From: Paragordius varius
Lineage: Eukaryota > Animalia > Nematomorpha
Length of the DNA stretch: 64,000 nucleotides
Assembly (NCBI GenBank): GCA_964247055.1
Contig: OZ176052.1
Coordinates: forward strand, 3,472,001-3,536,000
Direction: 5' to 3'
Shown here: piece after piece, positions 53,825 to 64,000 of the stretch
Position numbering within the stretch: the stretch's first letter is position 1
How the letters are laid out: every line of letters begins with the position of its first letter
Program-made: the position numbers and the translations under genes
Notes under the pieces: generated by a model
The model's database searches: none
What the model saw: the letters and a program-made list of their open reading frames with translations, nothing else
Told to the model about the DNA's origin: nothing

Positions 53825-55100
53825 AAGCTTTTGTATTATTCATGACAAATATAATGTGTATACATTGTTTGCATATTTGTAAAAAATATATTTTTTCATA
53901 GGATAGCTTATGATCAGCGTATTTGCCGTAAAATTTTTTATTTGTTTACGACCTAGTTTTTGAAATATTGAGATAAAATCAAAATCGGGCAAAAAGTGAA
54001 AATGAAGAATAATAATGGATAATTCAAAAAACTATGATAAAAGTTGAGATATTATGGTTTATTATCATTTTAGGAGATATTTTTATATAAATAGCCTAAA
54101 ATCATAAAGTTAAGGTTTCGTTAAAATCTCAGAGCAAAAGGTATTTTCTTAACATACTTAAAAGACAAAAAATTTTTATGAAACTATATTAAAATAATTT
54201 TTTTTAATTATTTACTAGATAAACTCATTATTAATTCTTAATTCATATTTTATTCAGTACAAAAAACTTATATATCAAAATAAAACTAAAATTATTTTTT
54301 ATTTTTTCATTTTTTGTTTCTCGATTTATGACGGTATAAAAAATTTCTGTTTTTTGGAATTTCACAAGAGCGAAAATTATGAAGTATATAAATTAATACA
54401 AAATAAAATTTACAAGTAGTGGAAAATCAACCTAAAATTCGTACATATTCCAGTAAAAATATTAATTCGTATTAAAACAATCTTTTTACAGGAATTTGTA
54501 AGGATTTTTGGTTGATATTCCATTACTTTTAATCCTATTTTGCATAAATTATATAGTTAATTCCCACTCATGTAATCAAAAATAAAACATTATAAATTTT
54601 CTAAACACTCATAAACCAGGAAAAAAATAAAAAACAATATTTTTTAATTTTATTTTGATATATAAATTTTTTTACTGAATAATGAATGTTAAGACTTTAA
54701 TTGTGACTTTAGCTAGTAATTAAAAAAAATTATTTAATATAGTTTCATAAAAAAAATTTGTATGTTAAGTGTGTTATAAGAAAAACGCCATCTTTTGAAC
54801 TAAGATTTTAAAGAAACCCTAACTATATGATTTCAGGTTATTTATATATTTAAAATATCTCCTTAAATGATAATAAACCATAGTATTTCAACTTTTACAA
54901 TTATTTTTTGAATTATCCGTAATTATCCTTAATTTTTACTTTTTGCCCGATTTCGATTTTCTCTCAATATTAGGTCGTTAATAAATAATAATTTTTGCGG
55001 CAAATGAATTCGCGGGTCATAAATTATCTCATGAAAATAATTTTTTGTTAAATAAAATTAACCCTCTTTTTGCACACAATGTATATATATTTATCATGAT
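53825..55100. repeat. Foldback-like element with ~500-bp imperfect inverted arms
   Basis: 53825-54330 pairs with 54620-55100 (aaaatcgggcaaaaagt vs actttttgcccgattt; ggtttattatcattttaggagatattt vs aaatatctccttaaatgataataaacc). Confidence 0.75.
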
Positions 55101-55719
55101 AAAAAATGTAAAAGGTGGTGTTTTTAGTTTTGGTTATTATTTGTCATTTTAACGATTTTTAGATTTTAATTTGCTATTTATTAATTACAAATGCGCCTTT
55201 TAGATTTATCGTTCTGGATTAGAAAACTGCTATAAAATGAAGTGTCAAAATATTTTTTAATGATGCAAAAGTTTTAGCACTCATATTTTAACATGGCCTA
55301 TCAAAATATTTAATTTTCAACTGACATTACTTTTGACGATTGGTAGATATGAAATACATAATATCTAACCAATTAAATATTCAGGCACAACAAATAACAT
55401 CTACCACAATAACCAATTACTTAAGTGTAAAATTCGTTTAAAATGTTGGCATACGGCCTAATCCCCCGGTCAAACCCCTAAAATGTCGGTTTTGACAAAA
55501 ACCATACCTTTCTTCAAATCTCTCACTGCGTCCATAAAAAATATATGTTGAAATATATATATTCTTGTGTATCAAAATTATAATGGTTCTTTTGGTTTTG
55601 GCTCTTCAAGTGATATAAGAATATTTCACTTTTGTGGTTAGTTGTCCATATCAAAATGGCAGAATATGAGCGCATTTTTTGTAAAATAATTTCGGCGAAG
55701 GCCAAATGCTCATATCAAA

Positions 55720-57140
55720 ATCACTAAAATATATCTTTAACTACCTATAAAAAGCAAAACACTATTTTTACATTAATTTTTAGAAGTGGCCTCCGAAAGT
55801 CCCAAATTTCGCTCTTCTAAATTGTGCTAGTTTTTAAAAAATAATCGCAAAAATGCCGGGATAGCGGGATAAAATTTTTAGGCATATGCTAATCGACATA
55901 AATATTTTTTACAAAAATTTAATTTTTAGCAAAATGTAGTTATTATAAAAACACTTTTTCTGTGCAGAACATTTCTTTCACCTCGGAATTTTGATTAAAA
56001 TATGCGTTTGTCCTTAAATTAACGTCAAATAAAAATTGTGTTTTTATATAAAAATTAACAAAGATTTGAAAAACAAACTTTTATATTATTCAGAAGCGAT
56101 AAAAATGTTTAGCATCATTGAACTATATAAAAAGGTATTTGTATAATTTCTAAAAGCGTTGTTATAACGTTTCCATCATCCCTAAAAATAGGATGAGTAA
56201 ATTTCAATAAAATTTTGCCAAAAATTAAATTGTGATAAAAAATATGCATTTTTTAAATATTTTTTTTTGATGGCAAAGCTTATATCTAAAAAATCATCGC
56301 GCGATTCTGGGATTTTTGCTTTTATTTTAGAGCGAAAAAATCTGTGACTTTCGGAGTCCACATCAAAATATTAATATTTTACAAAATTGCTTTATTTTAA
56401 TTATGATATATATAGTTATATTTGAAATGAAGGATTTAGCTTTGACCAAAAAATATAAATAAGAAAAAAATTTGTCTTTTCTGAAATGGAGCATTAACCC
56501 GAAAGTGTTAACTTTCTTATATCACTCGTAAGGGCCTAAAACCAAATGCACTAACATTTTCTTCTCAGAATGAAAATATTTCATCAGTTATTATTTTATA
56601 CCCCCCAATTTTGGATGTAGTGTCTCTGGTCTTCTCATTCCTAATCCGCACAGCGATTTTTTTATACTTTTTGACAAACCTTTAAATTTTAGCTGAATCA
56701 AAAAATCGAATCCTTTATTTGTCTTGGTAGCTTCCCCCAAAAAACCTTGGCTTTTTTAAAGCAGAGTAGAAACAATATAAAAAAATATAAAAATAATTTT
56801 CTATATAATATGATGCTGAAAATTTTGATCACCTTAGAATTTCGTTTTTAAGAACAATTATTTTAATCAAAATTTAGATGAAATGATTTTAAGATCTGAT
56901 TTATATAGAAAAATGCTAATAAGCGTTTTTATACCGTTTGCAACTGCCTCAAAATACTATGAAGTAAACATCAACAAATATGCTATAAATTAAATATATC
57001 AAAGTTTAAAATTGTGTCTATTTTAAGAGAACTAGCACATATTTGAAGGACCAAAAAATTGGGAATTTGCGAAGCTCACATCTAAAACTATTTTTTAAAA
57101 AATAATGTTTTGCTTTCTATAGCAGTTTGTTTTAGTGATA
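55720..57140. repeat. Long-TIR non-autonomous element of unassigned family
   Basis: 55720-55850 pairs with 57020-57140 (aaagcaaaaca / tgttttgcttt; ttgtgctagtt / aactagcaca). A further inverted copy of the cgaaagtccc motif lies at ~56345. Confidence 0.55.
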
Positions 57141-57684
57141 ATTGGAATTAGGCACTTAGCTTAATTTAAAAAATTTTACAATCTATGACCTTTAGGGGAA
57201 ATTATCCTAAGGCGATCATAAAAAGTTAGGATATTAATCTGAATTTTAAAATATGCTTTCTATAGCCTTTTAGGCGTATTATACATATAGAATTTTTTTA
57301 GATTATGAAAATTGGTAAAGAAATCCTCAGCTCAAACTTCTTCTTCGCCATTTTCTTTCTAACTCATAAATCGCTATTGCAAAAGGAAAATAAATGTATA
57401 TGATTAAAATATATACATAATTAACATTAAAAGCTTTCAGTCTAACTTTTGAAAAAATTGATCTATTTTAATAAAGCTGTTCGTTTCATCGTGTTTTCGA
57501 GCTGTCATTTTTTCTAGAAGTCAAAAAACTGTAAATAAAACTTTTATCTGATCCATGAGAATAGATTTGAAAAAATTTAACTAAAATGCTTTCCAACCAG
57601 TAGGTTATTTAGAAAATTGAGCTCTGGCATATAAAAGTACCTCAATATGTCAATTAGAAAAAAAAAGTGAAAAGATCAAATTAA

Positions 57685-58830
57685 CACTTCGATTTAAATT
57701 GGGGTATCTAAATACCCCAGACCAAATTTGAGTTAGGATTTTTATAAAACTACTGTAGGAAACGGTCCCAAATTAAATTTATGCTTTTATCATAATAAAA
57801 ATATATAAATATGCCAAAATTTCTATATAAAATTTTTTAAAAAAAGGTTCCATGTTATACTACTTCAATATTTTTATTTTACAAAATTTTTGCAAAATAT
57901 CGTCTTCATTTAATTTTAAGGGTAAAATTAATGCTAGAAAATTATATAAATTAGATCTAACATTGATAGAAATAGAAAAAGTGGTTTCTTTTGTATTATA
58001 TTTAATTATATGATTGCACACATGTCACGTTGACTTAACACTTCGATTCAAATTGGGGTGTCTAAATACCCCAGACTAAATTTAAATTAATATTTTTAAA
58101 AAACTACTGAAGGAAACGGTCCCAATTTAAATTTATGCTTCTATCCTGATAAAAATTATATAAATATGCCAAAATATCTTGATAAAATTTTGTGTTGAAA
58201 AAAAAGTTCCATCTCAAACTACTTCGCCGCCATTTTTGTACAAAATTTTTGCAAAATATCGTCTTCATTTAATTTAAGTGTAAAACTAAAGCTAAATTTT
58301 TATATAAATTACATCTAACATTGATAGAAATAGAAAAAGCGGTTTATTTTGTATTATTTTTTAATTTTATAATTTCACACATGTCAGTTGACGAAATTTT
58401 TACCTTTCGGTTTTAGCTTAAAATAGGTTATATCAAGTATTTTTGAATAAAATTTTTTATATATTTTGGTTTATTAATGTTATATAAGTGTAAAATTTTG
58501 CCATGGTTTTGATTACTTCCATACTTTTTAAAGTATTTGATATTAAACAGGCCTGGGGTATCCAACTACCCCAATTTGAATCGAAGGACTAAAATGAGTG
58601 TGTTGAATCCAGGTGTAAATTTTTACTTTCGTTTTAGATAAAATAAGTATTATCAAGTATTTTTGAATAAATTTTTTTTATATATTTGGTTTTGTTATAT
58701 AAGTGTAAAATTTTTCCATGGTTTCGATTCCTTCCATATTTTTTATAGAATTTAATTTTAAAGAGGCCTTGTGTATTTAACTACCCCAATTTGAATCGAA
58801 TGACTAAAATAAATGTATTGTATCCAAGTG
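57685..58830 (+). mobile_element. piggyBac-like TTAA MITE with a same-family copy (58039-58615) nested at an internal TTAA
   Basis: ttaa-cacttcgat at 57681 and again at 58035. Inner copy ends gaatccaggtg-taaa at 58615, the outer sequence resumes and ends gtatccaagtg-ttaa at 58834. Confidence 0.88.
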
Positions 58831-59176
58831 TTAACAAAGTTTTAAAAATTTTCTAATTTTTCGATATTGAGTACTATCCACAAAAGGGTAAAAATTAAAT
58901 GACAGGTAGGAAGGACCTAAACTCAAACCGTTACATTATTCTGCCAGAATATATTCGATCCGCATATTTTTAATTCCCTTCAATTTCAGATGCAAATAAC
59001 ATAACAAAAAATATAAATTTATAGGCTACACATAATGATTTGATATCACTCTGGGATACCGCTGGAAAATTTATAATTTTAATTTATGAATATTTTACAA
59101 AATATTTTATGAAACAATATCTAACAATTCCCCATTCGGCCAGCATGTTAAGGTAGAGTTAATTTTTATTTTAGGA

Positions 59177-59983
59177 ATGACTAAAAGACCATTAACAACT
59201 GATGAAATATGTAATAAACATCTAAAATACGAAATATTAAACAATAAAATCCCTCAATTTAAAATATTTAATCCCATAATAAAGAATAAGAAGAGTGATA
59301 GATTAAACCATTCTATATTTAAAAATCAAAAACCTGAATACGCCAACTTATATAATAATTTTGCTACAACCAACGTTAAACTTGATGAAGCTTTTAACCT
59401 TTATAAAGATATTCGCGATATATATCGACATGAAAAAATATGTGATAAAAATATAAAAATTCATGAATTACGACGAGATAACCAGCACAATTTCAGATCC
59501 AATTTATATAAGATATATAATTCTTTGCCCGATAAAAATTTGATATCAACCCTCTCTAAACATTATGAAAACTCTTTATTAGCAAAAAATAAAAATTCGG
59601 ATTTCCTCCATTTGCTAGGTTCTCATTTATATAATGAACATATTGATCAACATGAACCACTATCAACTTTGATAACTAATTCACGAAATAACATAACTAG
59701 TGTTACACAAAGTCCAAAAAATCCATCTGGCTCCACACAGTCTACTAGCACAATATCTGAGACTACCTGTTCATCATCATCTTCAATCTCAAATTATTCA
59801 TTAGAAACTACGCCTGAAATAAATCCATTTAATACCACCGTATTTCAATCATCCCATAGCATTGAAAATATTTTGCACACCAATAAATCGCTAAATAATT
59901 TCTGCAAAGATACTAACACTATTAACACCAATAATAATAATAATAATCAATCTATATTTGATCTTGTTAATGATTTGTTTTGA
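59177..59983 (+). CDS. Orphan 268-aa ORF (charged, Lys/Asn-rich N-half; Ser/Thr/Asn low-complexity C-half), function unknown
   Basis: 807-nt open frame in AT-rich DNA with no TE features. Preceded by a ttttag acceptor at 59174. A possible ATG ACA G micro-exon at 58899-58905 would splice in frame. No recognisable domain. Confidence 0.65.
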   Translation: MTKRPLTTDEICNKHLKYEILNNKIPQFKIFNPIIKNKKSDRLNHSIFKNQKPEYANLYNNFATTNVKLDEAFNLYKDIRDIYRHEKICDKNIKIHELRRDNQHNFRSNLYKIYNSLPDKNLISTLSKHYENSLLAKNKNSDFLHLLGSHLYNEHIDQHEPLSTLITNSRNNITSVTQSPKNPSGSTQSTSTISETTCSSSSSISNYSLETTPEINPFNTTVFQSSHSIENILHTNKSLNNFCKDTNTINTNNNNNNQSIFDLVNDLF

Positions 59984-60012
59984 ATAAGCGCTCAAAATCC
60001 AACATTTATACA

Positions 60013-62356
60013 ATGAAATGTTCATATTGTAACTCGGATTCAGCATGCATGAAAAGATCCTTAACAGGAAACCCTTCGTGCAAACTTTGCTTTTTTGAAC
60101 ATTTCGAAAATGAAATTCATCAAACAATTACGAATGAAAAATTATTTGGACCGGGTGAAACAGTTGCTATTGGCGCATCCGGCGGGAAAGGTATTAAAAT
60201 GATTATATTAATATCTGAGAATCCATCATAGAAACAAAATAAGATTTTAATAAAAAAATATTTATGATACACAATTTTAATTGCCATAATCAATTATCAA
60301 TTAATCCGATTTTAAAGGTGTTCCGTTTAAAATATACTTATTCTGGAAAATATACTGTTATTTTAGCAAAATATAATTTATATATATTTACATAAGATTC
60401 CACAGTACTAATACATGTTTTGAAAACTTTGAACGAACGTCACAACTACAAGCTTAATTTGATATTGATCAGCATTGATGAGGGGATAGCTGGTTACAGG
60501 TTAATTTTTATAATTTAATTAATCATCAATTATAAGAGGTTAAAATGTTTTTGTTTTAGTACAGTAATAATAAATCAAAAATAATTGCTAACAGAGCATA
60601 GATAAAGTTTTGTTAAATTTTAAACTATTCAAACCTGTTATGATGATAAATTTATCAAAAATAAGCAGAGAATTAAGTTGAAAGTGGAATGCTATTTGTT
60701 AAAGTACGACACTAGTCTGCGACCATTATTTACGAAGCGTTTCATATATTGCTAACATTTTCAAATTTTATTTTTAATATATTATCATTAAGAAATTTTA
60801 CTCAAAACATGATTTTTAAAACTCTATTAAAAATGCAAAAAATATACGAAAGATTTATAAAAGCATATTTACCTTAATCCTTAAACCAATTAAGCCCATA
60901 GTTTTCTCTCGGTACGCTTTATATTATTTTATATTCTCTCTATTCAATAATCATTTTTATTTTATTTTTTAACATTTTACTCAATGTTTATATTGTAGTG
61001 AAGCAAATTTTTGATTTATATAATTATTATATACCATTTACAATTTAAATTCACCCTCGAACAATTCAAATTAACCCTTTAACAATTCAAATTCACCATA
61101 AAAATAAATTATGTGTTTTCGGATCAATATAACTCATCATAAATATTAAATATTTAATGGCATAATTTATTATTTTTTCAGTGTTATTTAAATTTTAAAC
61201 AAAATTCTATTTTTTAAAAATCCAAAAAAATGTAATTTTTAATCGTAAAAAAAACACTTGATTTATTTTAGGGTGAATTTGAATTGTTTGTTCAAGGGTA
61301 AATTTGAACTGTAAATGGTATAATTATATACATACATATGTGTATACAAAGAGATGATTCATTGAAAACTGTGCATGAAAATAAGGTGGAATATGGATTA
61401 CCTCTTAGCATCACCTCGTATAAAGAGTTGTATGGTTGGACGATGGATGAAATTGTACGTCAACTTGGAACCAAAAATAATTGTACCGTTTGTGGTGTAT
61501 TTCGTCGGCAAGCTTTAGACCGCGCTGCTTGTCAAAAGCGGGCTGATAAAATTGCTACTGGTAAACATTAGCTATTTTTTTTTATCTCATATAACATATT
61601 TTTATGTTCTTCTTATGAGAATTTTGAATTTTTGTTCAAAAGAGTAATTAAACTGCCCAATCCGATCATAAACATTTAATGGTGTAAGAATTGATTACTG
61701 ATGGATTTTGTTTACGCAACAAGTTGCAAAATTAGTTTATTTGTTAACTAGCACAAAATATATTATTGAATTATTGAATTCCTAACATAGATTAAAACAT
61801 TTGTATTTGGGTGTAGAAATTTAACTTAAACTTTTCAAATATATGCGCATAAAATTCGCGCTTTACTAATTACATAACCAATTTATAGATCATTTATTTA
61901 TTATATACAAGTGAAACCATAAATTACCATACAACAATTCAAATTTACCCCTGATCATTAATAAATGAGCCCAAAAATAAATTATATATTTTTGGACTAA
62001 TATAACTTATCATTGTGATATATTTTGTCGCATAGTCTTATTTTTTTTTGTTTTATGTTAATTTTAAACAATTTTTTTTAATAATATTAAAAATATAGGT
62101 ATCTTTTGACATTTAATCACACATAATTCATTTTAGGATGTTCAGGGATGAATTGAATTGTTCAGGGAATTTGAGATGTAAATGGATATAATTCATACAC
62201 TTTAAATAATTAGGCCATAATGCCGATGATATGGCTGAAACTGTACTTATGAATATTTTAAGAGGTGATTATAATCGAATGATGCGTTGTACATCCACTA
62301 TAACAGACAATACACTCATGGATCAAAATACAAATCCAAACGCTACCGATAGCCAA
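60013..62356 (+). CDS. CTU1: Cytoplasmic tRNA 2-thiolation protein 1 (Ncs6/ATPBD3), exons 1-4; gene continues past the window
   Basis: Exons 60013-60190, 60397-60499, 61352-61560, 62214-62356 with matching phases. N-terminal CxxC...CxxC, PP-loop [64 protein letters not shown]. Confidence 0.95.
61032..61320. mobile_element. TA-flanked MITE (TACCATTTACA family) in CTU1 intron 2
   Basis: taccatttacaatttaaattcaccctcgaac / gttcaagggtaaatttgaactgtaaatggta. Confidence 0.85.
61925..62187. mobile_element. Degraded TA-flanked MITE (same family) in CTU1 intron 3
   Basis: taccatacaacaattcaaatttacccctga / ttcagggaatttgagatgtaaatggat. Confidence 0.7.
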
Positions 62357-62899
62357 GTTTTTATTTTAATTTAATATCTTGCGATATTTTTTAGTTATGA
62401 AACACCACCTCGTTTTAAAGGGTTTTATGAAATATATTCCTATTTTTTTTCTGATATATATATATATATATAAATTTATCACTTGTGCATTGTAAAAGCT
62501 TAGATCGTTGGCGCTTTTTTTGTAAAAAATCCTACTCCATTTGATTATTTAATTAATAATAGTTTTTGCGATTCCATATATTGGTATAGCAAAATTTTAT
62601 TATAACTATATTAGTCTCATTATTTAGGTCTAATGTGGTGTGTTAATGTATCTAAAAAAAGTTTGTATAAGTTTTTTGTCTTTCTAAACACTAGTATTGT
62701 CTGCAACACTCATATAAATTTTTAATTGTGTTCCCATTACACGTATCGGATATTTTAAATTTAATAGTGGGTTCAAAAAATTATTAAGGAGGATTGGACT
62801 ATTTAAAACCTATTTTAGATAAAGCCTTGGATAGAGCAAGCGCCATCATTTATAAAATATCAAAAATTGATCAAGCAGCTCTCTGAAACCGTAAATAAA

Positions 62900-64000
62900 T
62901 TATAATTATTTGTTTGTATGAATGCGTTATTGGATGGATCTCTGTTGTCAAGGGGTTCCTTGGCATCCCGTCGTGACGGGGTTTAGGTGTTTGATCATTG
63001 CATTGAAGGATTTTTTGTTTAACCAGTCCCCGGCTTTTATGTTTTTGGACTGTAGGTCTTGGGTAATGTTTTTGTCCCATGTTATTGCTGGACGACCAAC
63101 TCTGTTTTGTTTGTTTGGCTTAAGGTTTGTTATATTTTTAATCCAATTATCGTTATCTAATCTTTGAATGTGACCGTAATAGCCAAGTCTACGGATTTGA
63201 ATATATTTTGAGATGGGTAGGATTTGTTTATCATGAGAGATTGTTCGCTTAAATGTATTTATCATTCTTTGTTCCATATTATCCAGCATATTTTCCTGTG
63301 TTTTACTTATTTGCCATGTTTCGCAAGCATAGGTTATAGTGGGTCTAACGCCAATTAGGTATATTTTGTTTTTTGTTTTTGTAGATATGTGTTTATTGGT
63401 AAATATGTATTTATATTGGTTGTATCTACCCCAACCAATTCTTATGCGATTTTTGATGGCTTCAGATGAACCTCCTTGAGCGGAAATGGTATCACCAAGG
63501 TAGGTAAACTTTTGTACTTTTTGAATTTCGCTGTCACCTATTTTAAGGTAGGTTTCAGCTTCTATGGGTGGAATATATTGTTTGGATAGAGTACATGGGG
63601 GGCATATATAATTATTATTATTTTTTAAAGTTCCATTTAATCCCGAACATGGTTTGTGTAACCAGTATTGACACTTAGTGCATTGGATGGAGTTTAGACC
63701 TACATTTTTTAGGCATGCGCGGCATGGGTATTTGATTTGATTGGTTTTTTTGTCGCCTGTTATCATAACCTTAGTTTTTTGAATGTTGATTGTGAGACCA
63801 TGTCGCTCAAGGCAGGTTTTCCAGAGTTTGAACTTTTGGCTGAGCTCGTTTAGATTTTCTGACGTTAACAATAAATCATCAGCGTAGATGAGCTCCCAAG
63901 GAAGACCAGTACGGATCTCATCACTGATGGTGTCTATTATTATGGTGAATAGAAGGGGGCTAAGCACAGAACCTTGGTGTAGTCCTGTTGTGATGTGGAA
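62900..64000 (-). mobile_element. RTE-like LINE 3' part: reverse transcriptase with PHD-type zinc-finger insert, antisense in a CTU1 intron
   Basis: ORF to 62948: QGSVLSPLLF, YADDL, GLTINIQKTKVM, then CRAC...CTKC...HKPC...CPPC, then FTYLGD, RIRIGW, YACETW, YYGHIQR, VGRPAITW. Frame intact and runs off the window end. Confidence 0.92.

Noticed and set aside
59025-59152. Open frame containing ISLWDTAG, the G3 motif of Ras-family GTPases
   Set aside because: No P-loop (GxxxxGK) or NKxD motif in compatible nearby exons, no QE after the motif, and splicing onward hits a stop. Treated as chance or a tiny relic.
62395-62460. YETPPRFKGFYEIYSYF looks faintly like the CTU1 PRxKP...YE motif
   Set aside because: Phase is incompatible with the exon-4 donor (phase 0 gives TTA TGA) and similarity is weak. 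The next exon probably lies beyond the window.

Overview
Very AT-rich (roughly 25% GC by eye) eukaryotic, most likely invertebrate animal, genomic DNA. No rRNA, tRNA or CRISPR array seen. (1) 1-18.3 kb: an old tandem duplication carrying two intact, intronless, minus-strand 532-aa rhodopsin-class peptide-receptor-like GPCRs with degenerate activation motifs. Each unit was independently invaded by hAT, Tc1/IS630-like and piggyBac-like elements, and the sister unit shows the empty sites. (2) 19-28 kb: nested transposons (Blackjack-like hAT with an internal inverted transposase copy; RTE LINE inside a TTAA MITE). (3) About 28.4/35.7-51.1 kb: a multi-exon furry (fry/SAX-2/Tao3 family) gene. I could thread it by hand as 25 exons with consistent phases (about 3,840 aa). 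It has a 26-nt intron, large Asn/Ser-rich inserts and an apparently missing C-terminal region. (4) 52-58.8 kb: mariner relic, foldback-like elements and a self-nested TTAA MITE. (5) 59.2-64 kb: an orphan 268-aa ORF whose stop lies only 29 nt before the ATG of CTU1 (cytoplasmic tRNA 2-thiolase), then a PHD-finger-containing RTE-like LINE in a CTU1 intron. Best leads: the orphan-ORF/CTU1 dicistron-like pair, the tiny introns, the motif-degenerate GPCR pair and the palindromic hAT. All homology calls are from memory of the protein families, not from database searches.
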